This document shows positions 39,514 to 48,710 of a stretch of 64,000 bases of DNA, piece after piece; within the stretch, counting starts at the first letter, position 1; every line of letters begins with the position of its first letter. This DNA is from an uncultured Candidatus Binatia bacterium (lineage in GTDB: Bacteria; Desulfobacterota; Binatia; UBA9968; JAJDTQ01): NCBI GenBank assembly GCA_965213675.1, contig OZ243916.1, forward strand, positions 416,001-480,000, read 5' to 3'. The position numbers and the translations under genes are program-made. The notes under the pieces are model-generated. The model did not search any database. It was not told where the DNA came from and worked only from the letters and a program-made list of their open reading frames with translations.

Positions 39514-40374
39514 CTATCCGGACAGGCCGTGGACGGCAAGCACCACGCCGCCCAAGCACCAGCAATAGCCCGCAAACCACGTGAGCCTGCGCGCCAGCAG
39601 CAGTTTCAGCAAGGCGCCGATGCTGGCGTAGCCGGTGGCGAACGCCGCGGCAAAGGCGAGCACGTATCCCGGGACGTTGACATCCCGCGCGCCATCCATG
39701 CCGTGGGCGAGCCATTGGAGCGCGAAGGCTCCCAGGACGGCCGGGACCGAGAGCAGAAAGGAATAACGCAGGGCGAAGGCGCGCCCGAGTCCCGAGAAGA
39801 CGCCCGCGGCCACGGTGGCGCCGGAGCGGGAAATGCCGGGGACGATGGCCAGGCCCTGGACGAGGCCGATGAGGAGCGCTTGGCGCACACGCATGTGGCG
39901 GAGATCCGCTGGCCGCTCCCGCGCGCGGTCGGTGGCGCACAGCACGGCCCCGGTCACCAGGAGCATGCCCGCCGCGGTGGTGACACTGGAGAAGAGGGCT
40001 TCGAGGGCGTCCCGGAATAGCAGTCCCACCAGGGCGGTGGGCACGGTGCCGGCGGCGACAAGCCAGAGAAGCCGGAGGGCCGCGGGTTCGGCTCTGCGCG
40101 GCCGGATCGCGGCGCGGACCAGCGGCCCCACGTCCCGCCGGAACCAGGCCAGCACGGCGCCCAGGGTCGCGAGATGCACGGTGGCGTGGAACAGCACGCC
40201 GGGCTCGTCGAAGCCAGGCAGCCAGGACTGAAGGAGCACCAAGTGGCCGGAACTGCTCACCGGCAGGAACTCGGTCAGCCCCTGGAGGGTTCCGAGCACG
40301 ACCAGCGTCAAGGTAGGGGTCACGGTTCCTCGCAGGGCATGGGTTTCCTCGGCGGAATCGTCACTATTCCCCAT
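39514..40374 (-). CDS. uppP: Undecaprenyl-diphosphate phosphatase
   Basis: QGLTEFLPVSSSGHL and PGISRSGAT motifs. Start uncertain. Confidence 0.95.
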   Translation of the reverse strand: MGNSDDSAEETHALRGTVTPTLTLVVLGTLQGLTEFLPVSSSGHLVLLQSWLPGFDEPGVLFHATVHLATLGAVLAWFRRDVGPLVRAAIRPRRAEPAALRLLWLVAAGTVPTALVGLLFRDALEALFSSVTTAAGMLLVTGAVLCATDRARERPADLRHMRVRQALLIGLVQGLAIVPGISRSGATVAAGVFSGLGRAFALRYSFLLSVPAVLGAFALQWLAHGMDGARDVNVPGYVLAFAAAFATGYASIGALLKLLLARRLTWFAGYCWCLGGVVLAVHGLSG

Positions 40375-40663
40375 GCGGGTCCGCCAAGCAAGATCGATGC
40401 GGACGGCGCCGCTTCAGCCGCCCCAGGGGGGCGCGCGCGATACCGCGGGGATGGAACGGCGCGTTTGACAAACCGCTCCCGGATCAAGTCCAATGGCGAC
40501 TTTTCGCGAACGGGCTTCATCCTGGTGTGCGGGCAGCGGCCCGGAACGGACACGGGTCTTGCCGGCAACGGCCCGGGCTGCCCGAGGCACGCGATCATGA
40601 ATCGGAAATGGACCGGTTCTGTGCCGGCGGAGGGAAGGCCCCGCGATCACGGAAGGAAGTGCC

Positions 40664-41743
40664 ATGACGGCGTTTGAAGGCAGGCTCAGCCTCCAGTTCG
40701 TCACCCATCTGGCGAACCACACCACGGTCAACCGCTTCGTGGAGCTGGCCGCGCTGGCATGCGAACGGGGTTTTCAGCGCATCTGGCTCAACGACAACGC
40801 GCGTTACCGCAGCCAGGTGGTGGTGCTTTCCGCCATCGCCGCGCGCGTGCCCATCGGCGTGGGCACGGCGGTGCTGGTGCCGTACTTTCACCATCCCATC
40901 GAGGTGGTGGATTCGCTGGCGTCCCTGTCCGAATTGAGCGACGGGCGCGAGGTGGGATTCGGACTGGCGCGCGGTTCCACCACCCAGACGCCACAGCACG
41001 TGATCATGCGCCGGCCCCTGGCGCTGGTGCGCGAGCTGGCCGTGTTCGTGTCGCGGGCGCTGGCAGGGGAGAGCGTGGCCTATGGGGATTTTCCGGTGCT
41101 GTGCGAGCATTTCCACTTCAATCCCGACGGCCGGTTCCAGTTGGCGTTCACGCCGAAGTCGCCGGTGACGCTCTATTCGGGCGGCAACGGGCCGCGGTCC
41201 TTGCGCATGGGCGGTCAGGTCATGGACGGCCTCATCAGCTCCGGCACCTTCATCCCCATGCTGCGGGCGGGCCGGCTCAAGGGAATGCTCGCGACGGCGG
41301 AAGCCGGCGCCCGCGAGGTCGATCCGCACAAGAGGCTGCGCAAGATGGTGGAGCTCAACGTGTCCGTGTCGCGGGACCGGGCCGCGGCCATGGAGTTTCC
41401 CAAGCGCCAGGTGGCCCACTCGATCCCGCAGTGGGAGTCCCTGGGGTTCACTCCGGACGAATATGCCCGCCTTGGTGTGGAACGGCGGACGGTGCTCGAA
41501 CTGAAAGACGCCTTCGCCCAAGGCGCCACCATCGAGGAAGCCGCGGCGCTCGTGACCGAGCCCATGGTGCTGGCGTACTACGTTGCCGGCACGCCGTCCG
41601 AGGCTGCGGAGCAGGTGGTGGAACTGGCCCGGCAGGCCCAGGACCTGGGCTACGACGAGATCGCCTTTGCCAAGCTGGGTCCCGACTACGAGGAAGCCAT
41701 CGAAGTGCTGGCGGAGAGCGTGATGCCGCGGCTCGGCGCGTAG
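40664..41743 (+). CDS. LLM-class flavin/F420-dependent oxidoreductase (Mer-like), paralogue 1
   Basis: GFQRIWLND, GTAVLVPY, SLSELSDGR, GLARG, GNGPRSL. Confidence 0.85.
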   Translation: MTAFEGRLSLQFVTHLANHTTVNRFVELAALACERGFQRIWLNDNARYRSQVVVLSAIAARVPIGVGTAVLVPYFHHPIEVVDSLASLSELSDGREVGFGLARGSTTQTPQHVIMRRPLALVRELAVFVSRALAGESVAYGDFPVLCEHFHFNPDGRFQLAFTPKSPVTLYSGGNGPRSLRMGGQVMDGLISSGTFIPMLRAGRLKGMLATAEAGAREVDPHKRLRKMVELNVSVSRDRAAAMEFPKRQVAHSIPQWESLGFTPDEYARLGVERRTVLELKDAFAQGATIEEAAALVTEPMVLAYYVAGTPSEAAEQVVELARQAQDLGYDEIAFAKLGPDYEEAIEVLAESVMPRLGA

Positions 41744-41807
41744 GCGGGCCAGGAGTTTGCGACGCGGAGGCAAGTCGGCCGGCCGCCGACAAGGAAAGGG
41801 AAACACC

Positions 41808-42887
41808 ATGGCGGCATTCAACGGGATGCTAAGTCTTCAGTTCGTCATTCACCTGGCCAACCGGTACTCGGTGAACCAGCTCGTGGAACTGGCCGGGTTG
41901 GCGCACCAGCGCGGCTTCGAGCGCATCTGGGTCAACGACAACGCGCGTTATCGGAGTCAGGTGGTGGTGCTGTCCGCCATTGCGGCGCGTGTTCCGGTGG
42001 GCATCGGCACCGCCATCCTGGTGCCGTACCTGCACCATCCCATCGAGGTCGTGGATTCGCTGGCGGCATTGTCGGAGTTGACGGAGGGTCGCGAGATCGG
42101 CTTCGGCCTGGCCCGCGGCGACCTGGCGCAGACGCCGCAGCACGTCGTCGTACGCCGGCCCATCGCGCTGGTGCGCGAGTTGGCCGTGTTTACGCGCCGC
42201 GCGCTCGACGGCGGGCGGGTTCCCTACGGCGATTTCCCGGTGCTGTGCGACTACTTCAACCTGAATTCGTCCGGCAGTTTCCAGTTGGCGTTCGCGCCGA
42301 GGTCTCCGGTGGTGATGTACTCCGGCGGCAACGGGCCGCAGTCGCTGCGCATGGGCGGCCAGGTCATGGACGGACTCATCAGTTCCGGAACCTTCATTCC
42401 CATGCTGCGGGCGGGCCGGTTGAAGGAGATGCACGAGTTGATCGAGGCCGGCGCCCGCGAGGTCGATCCCCACAAGAAGCTGCGCAAGATGGTGGAACTC
42501 AATGTGTCGGTCTCGCGCGACCGCGCCGCCGCCATCGAGTTTCCCAAACGGCAGGTGTCTCATTCGATCCTGCAATGGGAAGCGCTCCGGCTCACCGACG
42601 AGGAATACCGCCGGCTGGGGGTGGAACGCCGGCAGGTGCTCGAACTCAAGGAAGCGTTCGCGCGCGGCGCCACCGTGGAGGAGGCCGCGGCGCTGGTCAC
42701 CGAGGCGATGGTTCTGAACTACTACGTGGCGGGCCGGCCGGACGAGGTGGCCGACCAGATTGTCGATCTCGCCGGACAGGCCCAGGAGTTGGGCTACGAC
42801 GAGATCGCCTTCGCCAAGCTGGGTCCCGACTACGAGGAAGCCATCGAAATGCTGGCGCAGAGCGTGATGCCGCGGCTGCGGCGGTAA
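41808..42887 (+). CDS. LLM-class flavin/F420-dependent oxidoreductase, paralogue 2
   Basis: Same length (359 aa) as 40664-41743 with long identical stretches. Confidence 0.85.
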   Translation: MAAFNGMLSLQFVIHLANRYSVNQLVELAGLAHQRGFERIWVNDNARYRSQVVVLSAIAARVPVGIGTAILVPYLHHPIEVVDSLAALSELTEGREIGFGLARGDLAQTPQHVVVRRPIALVRELAVFTRRALDGGRVPYGDFPVLCDYFNLNSSGSFQLAFAPRSPVVMYSGGNGPQSLRMGGQVMDGLISSGTFIPMLRAGRLKEMHELIEAGAREVDPHKKLRKMVELNVSVSRDRAAAIEFPKRQVSHSILQWEALRLTDEEYRRLGVERRQVLELKEAFARGATVEEAAALVTEAMVLNYYVAGRPDEVADQIVDLAGQAQELGYDEIAFAKLGPDYEEAIEMLAQSVMPRLRR

Positions 42888-43085
42888 CGCTCGCCGCAGG
42901 CTGCGGCCGCGTCCAACGTACTCCCGCCGGGTCGTGGCGCGTCCACAAGCGGCGCGCCGTGCCGGGAATGTTTGCCGGCGGGGGGTTCCGTCGGCTATGG
43001 ATGGGTCTGCGTCAAGGCAAGCGCGCCGTGCGTGCGCGTTCAAGTTTCAAATACGTTCAAGTTCCAACCAAGGAGTCACGTAATC

Positions 43086-44033
43086 ATGGGAACGACACTT
43101 GTCACCGGAGTGGGCCTCGTGGGCACCTCGTTTGCGCAGTGGGCGCTGAAACGCGACGAGAAGCTGGTCTTCTACGACTTCATGCCGCGCGCCGAGTACC
43201 TGCATCGGAAGCTGGGCGCCGCGGACGTGGAAGTGGTGCAGAAGGACATCCGGGACCTGCCGGCCCTCACGGAGGCGATGCTGCGCTTCCGCCCGGAGAC
43301 CGTGGTGCACACCGCCGGGCTAATCGGCGGGCGGGTGGTGGAGTCGCTTTACAACGGCATGCAAATCAACGTGATGGGGACCATCAACGTGCTCGAAGCC
43401 GCGCGCCTCACGGGAGTGAAGCGTTTCGTGCTGATCAGCACCTTCGGGGCCTATGACCGCCGGCGTACCGGGGATCAGCCCACCCACGAGGACATGCCGC
43501 GGGGCCCGGGCGCCGGGTACGGCAACTCCAAGGCCACCAAGGAGCTGATGGCGGAGGCCTACCAGCGCCTGTACGGTTTCGAACTGCTGACCCTGCGGCT
43601 GGCCAATGCCTACGGCCTGGGACATTTCTGGGGCGGGTCCGGCGGCGGTGAGAAGGTGCAGATGCTCCTGGAGGCGGGGCTTCGCGGCGAGGTAGCGCGG
43701 ATTCCCCAAGCCCAGACCATGACCTTCGAGTACGTCTACGCCAAGGACATGGGACGCGCCGTGGACCTGGCGGCCACCGCGCCCATGCCGGAGAAGACCA
43801 CCTTCAATATCGGCTCCGGCGCGTTGACGACTTTCGACGAGCTGGTGGCGGCGGTGGAGCGGCAGTTTCCCCGGCTGGAGGTGGAAGTGATTCCCGGACG
43901 GCCGCCGGATGTGGCGGCCACCGCGCCGCTGGATATCTCCAGGGCGAAGCAATACCTGGGCTGGGAGCCGCGGTACACCATGGATGCGGCGTTCGAGGAC
44001 TACGCCGGGGATCTCCGGGCGGTCATGGAGTGA
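43086..44033 (+). CDS. NAD-dependent epimerase/dehydratase (extended SDR)
   Basis: LVTGVGLVG, HTAG, NVMGT, YGNSK, RLANAYG, LGWEPR. Confidence 0.9.
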   Translation: MGTTLVTGVGLVGTSFAQWALKRDEKLVFYDFMPRAEYLHRKLGAADVEVVQKDIRDLPALTEAMLRFRPETVVHTAGLIGGRVVESLYNGMQINVMGTINVLEAARLTGVKRFVLISTFGAYDRRRTGDQPTHEDMPRGPGAGYGNSKATKELMAEAYQRLYGFELLTLRLANAYGLGHFWGGSGGGEKVQMLLEAGLRGEVARIPQAQTMTFEYVYAKDMGRAVDLAATAPMPEKTTFNIGSGALTTFDELVAAVERQFPRLEVEVIPGRPPDVAATAPLDISRAKQYLGWEPRYTMDAAFEDYAGDLRAVME

Positions 44034-44047
44034 GAGGCGGCGGCGCC

Positions 44048-44713
44048 ATGGAATTGCTTCACTGCGTATACGAACCCGAGGGCGAGGGGCCGCATCCGAC
44101 GATTCTGGCGCTGCACGGGCGCGGCGCCAACGCCACGGACCTCCTGGGGCTGGCGCCACATCTTTGCGGCGGGGTGTTCCGCGTCATTTGCCCGCAGGCC
44201 CCGCTGGAGGTGGCGTTGGCCCCGGGCATGACCGGGTATGCCTGGTTCCCCATGTCTTTGGGGGGTGAGATCGATACCGCGGCCTTCCTTTCCGCCCGTG
44301 ACCGGCTGCGGACGTTCCTGGATCAGTGCACCCGGCGCTACGCCGGGGACGGCGGCAAGCTGGTCCTGCTGGGCTTCAGTCAGGGCGGAGGCATGGCCTA
44401 CAGCCTGGGGTTGTCCGAACCCGACCGTTTCGCCGGCATGTGCGTGCTCAGTTCGTGGTTGCGCGAGGCGACGCTGGACGCCCTCGGCGTGTCCGACCGG
44501 GTGGATTCCCTTCCGACCCTGGTACAACACGGGACGCGCGATGAGCTGATCGAGCTGGCCCGCGCCAAACACTCCATGACCCTTCTCAAGAAGCTGCGCG
44601 TCCCGGTGGACTACCGCGAGTATGACATGGGACACGAGATCACCTCCCGCAGTCTGGCGGACCTGTCCGGGTGGCTGCAGGACAAGGTTCGGGCACAGGC
44701 CATTTCCCTTTAG
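44048..44713 (+). CDS. Phospholipase/carboxylesterase (Abhydrolase_2)
   Basis: LHGRGAN, GYAWF, GFSQGG, HGTRD, MGHEI. Confidence 0.92.
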   Translation: MELLHCVYEPEGEGPHPTILALHGRGANATDLLGLAPHLCGGVFRVICPQAPLEVALAPGMTGYAWFPMSLGGEIDTAAFLSARDRLRTFLDQCTRRYAGDGGKLVLLGFSQGGGMAYSLGLSEPDRFAGMCVLSSWLREATLDALGVSDRVDSLPTLVQHGTRDELIELARAKHSMTLLKKLRVPVDYREYDMGHEITSRSLADLSGWLQDKVRAQAISL

Positions 44714-44734
44714 GATAACTAGGATCGATGGAAG

Positions 44735-44782
44735 CGGCGCCCTTCGACCTCGCTCCGCTGGCGTGCAGGACGAAGGGCGCCG
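44735..44782. repeat. REP-like hairpin between convergent genes
   Basis: CGGCGCCCTTCG...CGAAGGGCGCCG 12-bp stem. Related CCTTCG motifs near 2527 and 4484. Confidence 0.55.
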
Positions 44783-44885
44783 ACCTTGCGGTAAACGACA
44801 GGATCGGCGGCACCGCCACCCCCGGCCGAAGGGTGCGCCACGGATCGCTATTCACTGACCTTTTCTGCAGCGTTGGAGGAATGCT

Positions 44886-45740
44886 TCACGCCAGGTAGAT
44901 GGTGACGACGCCGGTGATCACGAACAGGGTGGCAATGCCGGTGCGCAGGTTGACCTGCTCGATGTCGCGGGAAAAGAGCAGCGTGCCCAGCAGCACCCAG
45001 AGCGGGGCGATGCACACGATGGGTCCCACCACCACCACGCTGCCCTTGCCCAGCGCCGACACCAGCGACCAGATGCCCACGGCCTCGAACACGCCGGTGA
45101 CCAGAAACCACGGCATGGCGCGCCGGTCCGGCGCGAGTTGGGCGCGCGCCTTCGGGTTCAGCAGGTTCAGGAGCATGGGCACGAGGGCCGCGGTCCCCAT
45201 CACGGCGCTGAGCAGCAACGGCTCGTTGGCCACGGTGAGGCCGTAGCGCCGCAGCGGATGGTTGAGGCCGGCGCTGAGGGATGCCGCCATTGGGAAGACC
45301 ATCTCCCAGGTTCGGAAGCGTTGCTGCTGCGGTTTCCAGGAGATGAGACTGATGCCCGCCACCACAAGTGTCGTGCCGGATATCAGGACGGGCGTCACCG
45401 TCTCCTGGAGCAGCAGCACGGCGAGCGTGGTGCTGAACAGCGGATTGGTGGCCTGCACCGTGCTGGTGACCGACGCTCCCAGGCGCGCCACGCCGGTGTA
45501 GGCGCAGAGCCGGGTGACGAGTTGCAGCCAACCGCCGGCGGCGAAACAGGCGACGGCCACCAGAGGCAGGCTGCGCAGCCCCCCGGTCATGAAGGCCACC
45601 AGCCACAGGATGACGGTATTCACGCTCAGCGCCACATAGGCGGCGGTGACGGGCGTGGAGTGGACCAGCCCGCGCCGGGTGGTGAGGAAGCATCCCGCGT
45701 AGAAGACCGACGTGACCAGGGCGAGGAGACGGGCCGTCAT
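44886..45740 (-). CDS. EamA/DMT-family transporter
   Basis: Hydrophobic; NPLFSTTLAVLLLQE; paralogous to 6682-7563. Confidence 0.88.
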   Translation of the reverse strand: MTARLLALVTSVFYAGCFLTTRRGLVHSTPVTAAYVALSVNTVILWLVAFMTGGLRSLPLVAVACFAAGGWLQLVTRLCAYTGVARLGASVTSTVQATNPLFSTTLAVLLLQETVTPVLISGTTLVVAGISLISWKPQQQRFRTWEMVFPMAASLSAGLNHPLRRYGLTVANEPLLLSAVMGTAALVPMLLNLLNPKARAQLAPDRRAMPWFLVTGVFEAVGIWSLVSALGKGSVVVVGPIVCIAPLWVLLGTLLFSRDIEQVNLRTGIATLFVITGVVTIYLA

Positions 45741-45861
45741 GGGCCGTCATCCTGACCTGCTCCCAATCTTCTTGACACTGAATCCCCGGGGCGGTTACGG
45801 TTGATGGGAAAGTGGCGCACCGGCTTGCGAGTCTAGGTGAATTCCGCCGAGGAGACAAATC

Positions 45862-46950
45862 ATGGCACGGAACGGACATCGCCTGGTGGTGGACGCGGAC
45901 GCCCACGTCCTTGAGACCGAGCGTACCTGGGACTACCTGGAAGGGTCCGACAGGAAGTTCCGACCCGCGCTGTTCGGCTCACCCGACGTGGACATGCAGT
46001 ACTGGGTCCTGGACGGCAAGATCCGCGGCGCGCGTTTCGCCACCTTGAGCGAGCAGCAACTCGAAGCGCTGTCCGAGAAGGCGGGCCGCCGGCTCACCAC
46101 CCCGCGGGCCGCTCGCGAGATGGACGATGTGGATCTGCGCCTGGCCCACCTCGACGAGTTGGGCGTGGACGTGCAGGTCATGCACAACACCATGTGGATC
46201 GAGCGGGTGACGGACCGCGCCGACGCCGAAGTCGCCTTGTGTCTGGCATGGAACCGCTGGATGGCGGATGTGTGGAAGGCGGGGCAGGGACGGCTCCGGT
46301 GGTCCTGTGTAATCCCGGCCATGGCCCTTGATGAAGCCGTGCCACAGATGCGCTTCGCCCGGGAGCACGGCGCGGTGGCGGTGTGCATGCGCCCGTTCGA
46401 AGGGGACCGTCACTTGGTGGACCCGTACTTCTATCCGGTGTTCCAGGAAGCCGCCGACCTGGACATGGCCATCGGCGTTCACATCGCCAACGCCAGCACC
46501 GGACTCGTGGGGCAACTCCGGCCGCGCTACGACAGGAGCGGCGGTTTTGCGCCGTTCCGCGTGCCCACGGTGGTCACGTGCCTTTCGCTCGTCATGAGCG
46601 AGGTGCCGCAGGTCTTCCCCAAGCTTCGCTGGGGTTTCATCGAGTCGTCGGCGCAATGGATACCGTGGATCGTCAACGAGGCCCGGCGGCGTTCCGGAAC
46701 GGCGGACTATCCGGACAATCCCCTCAAGGAATACCATGTGTACGTCACCGCCCAGTGCGATGACGACTTCCCGTTCGTCCTGAAGTATGCGGGCGAGGAC
46801 AATATCGTCATCGGCACCGACTACGGCCACACCGACGCCTCCAGCGAGGTGGACGCCATTACCCGCTTCAAGGCGGATCCGACGGTGGCGGACGCCGCGC
46901 GCTGGAAGATTCTGAGCGACAATCCGAGCGCGCTCTACGGCATCGCGTAG
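45862..46950 (+). CDS. Amidohydrolase_2 family protein, paralogue 1
   Basis: DADAH, LDELGVDVQV, WNRWMAD, GVH, PKLRWGFIE, GTDYGH. Confidence 0.9.
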   Translation: MARNGHRLVVDADAHVLETERTWDYLEGSDRKFRPALFGSPDVDMQYWVLDGKIRGARFATLSEQQLEALSEKAGRRLTTPRAAREMDDVDLRLAHLDELGVDVQVMHNTMWIERVTDRADAEVALCLAWNRWMADVWKAGQGRLRWSCVIPAMALDEAVPQMRFAREHGAVAVCMRPFEGDRHLVDPYFYPVFQEAADLDMAIGVHIANASTGLVGQLRPRYDRSGGFAPFRVPTVVTCLSLVMSEVPQVFPKLRWGFIESSAQWIPWIVNEARRRSGTADYPDNPLKEYHVYVTAQCDDDFPFVLKYAGEDNIVIGTDYGHTDASSEVDAITRFKADPTVADAARWKILSDNPSALYGIA

Positions 46951-46994
46951 CGGCGCGCTCTATCCCACAGGACCTCATACAAAGGAGAAGGAAC

Positions 46995-48083
46995 ATGTCT
47001 GGCAACGGCACGACCCTGGTGGTGGACTCGGACGCCCACGTGGTGGAGACCGAGGCCACGTGGAACTATCTGGACGCCTCCGAGAAGAAGTTTCGCCCGC
47101 AGCTTTTCGGCTCTCCGGAGGATCGGACCACGCAGTACTGGGTGCTGGACGGCAAGGTCCTGGGATTCCGCTTCCAGAGCCTGAGCGAGCAGCAGCTCGA
47201 CGAAGTGTCGGCCAAGGCCGGCAGACAGATGCAGACACCGCAGGAAGCCCGGGAACTGCGCGATGTCCAATTGCGGCTGGATCACCTGGACAAGCTCGGC
47301 ATCGACGTTCAGGTGCTTTACAACACCATGTGGATCGAGCAGGTGACCGATCGCGCCGATGCCGAGATCGCGCTGTGCGCGAGTTGGAACCGCTGGATGG
47401 CGGACGTCTGGAAGCAGGGGGGCGGGCGTCTCCGGTGGGTGTGCGTGGTTCCCGCCATGACCTTGAGCGAAGCGGTGGAGCAGATCCGCTTCGCCCGGGA
47501 GAACGGCGCGGTGGGCGTGTGCCTGCGGCCCTTCGAGGGCGAGCGCCACCTGGTGGACCCGTATTTCTACCCGATCTTCGACGAGGCGCAGCGGCTCGAC
47601 ATGATGATGGGCATCCACATCGCCATCGGCAGCCCGCGAATGGCGGCCCAGTTTCGGCCGCGCTACGACAGCGGCGGCGGCTTGCCGGTGTTCCGCATCC
47701 CGACGGTGTCCACCTGCTTCACGCTGATGATGAGCGAGGTGCCCAGGACGTTTCCGGACCTGCGCTGGGGTTTCATCGAGTCGTCCGCCCAGTGGGTGCC
47801 CTGGGTGGTCAACGAGACCATCCGCCGCTCGGGCACGGCGGCCTACCCGGACAACCCCATGAAGGCCTTCAACGTCTACGTGTCGGCCCAGACCGACGAC
47901 GACTTCCCCTACGTGCTCAAGTACGCGGGCGACGACAACATCGTCATCGGCACCGACTACGGCCATACCGACGCCTCCAGCGAGGTGGACGCGTTCACCG
48001 TATTCAAGGGCACCGGCGGCATCAGCGAAGATCAGAAGCGCAAGATCCTGAGCGACAACGCCCGGGCGCTCTACGCGGTGTAG
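46995..48083 (+). CDS. Amidohydrolase_2 family protein, paralogue 2
   Basis: DSDAH and GTDYGHTD; same length (362 aa) as the upstream copy. Confidence 0.9.
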   Translation: MSGNGTTLVVDSDAHVVETEATWNYLDASEKKFRPQLFGSPEDRTTQYWVLDGKVLGFRFQSLSEQQLDEVSAKAGRQMQTPQEARELRDVQLRLDHLDKLGIDVQVLYNTMWIEQVTDRADAEIALCASWNRWMADVWKQGGGRLRWVCVVPAMTLSEAVEQIRFARENGAVGVCLRPFEGERHLVDPYFYPIFDEAQRLDMMMGIHIAIGSPRMAAQFRPRYDSGGGLPVFRIPTVSTCFTLMMSEVPRTFPDLRWGFIESSAQWVPWVVNETIRRSGTAAYPDNPMKAFNVYVSAQTDDDFPYVLKYAGDDNIVIGTDYGHTDASSEVDAFTVFKGTGGISEDQKRKILSDNARALYAV

Positions 48084-48102
48084 GGTTTCGGAGTGACTGG
48101 CG

Positions 48103-48140
48103 GATAGGGGCCGGGACGGCGCGTCGTCCCGGCCCCTATC
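48103..48140. terminator. Hairpin between convergent operons
   Basis: Perfect 16-bp stem GATAGGGGCCGGGACG/CGTCCCGGCCCCTATC. Confidence 0.75.
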
Positions 48141-48710
48141 TCATCGCGCGCCCACCAGGATCGACGCCTGGTAGCAGATGCTGGTGAAGAGCGGGCTGGT
48201 GCTCAGGCCGGTCCAGACGAAGAGCTTGCCCTCGGCGAAGAAGATGTGCATGCCGCAGTCGAACGCCAGCACCACCGCGCCGAGCACGGTCGCGGTGATG
48301 GAGACCACCGCCAACCAGCTCTCTCCGGCGCTCTTCAAGTAGAGGAATGTCATCAGCCCTACGCCGAACTGGAAGCCGACGAGCCAGATGGCCACGGCGA
48401 AGGCCAGGATCCAGCCGATGATGCCCGCGGTGCGGCGCCGTTCCTCCGCCGGGTCGAGGGTTTCGCCTTCCTGCTCCAGGAGCGACGCGTTGAAGACTTC
48501 CGCTTCGCTTCCGTCCGCCGGGGCGGGCTTTTCGCCGGCCCCGATCCACTGCCGCGCAAGCTGAAGCGCCAGCAGCGCCGCGGTGGGCAGGCCGATCATC
48601 CACGCCATGAGACTGGCCTGCAACTCCCAGCGGGAGGCTTCCCACAGTCCCAAGACCATCATCAGGAGCAATGCGCCCGTGAAGGCGATGGAGTACCCGC
48701 GGAAACTCAT
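48141..48710 (-). CDS. tctB: TTT small permease TctB
   Basis: 189-aa membrane protein MSFRGYSIAF...; overlaps the tctA stop (ATGA). Confidence 0.85.
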   Translation of the reverse strand: MSFRGYSIAFTGALLLMMVLGLWEASRWELQASLMAWMIGLPTAALLALQLARQWIGAGEKPAPADGSEAEVFNASLLEQEGETLDPAEERRRTAGIIGWILAFAVAIWLVGFQFGVGLMTFLYLKSAGESWLAVVSITATVLGAVVLAFDCGMHIFFAEGKLFVWTGLSTSPLFTSICYQASILVGAR

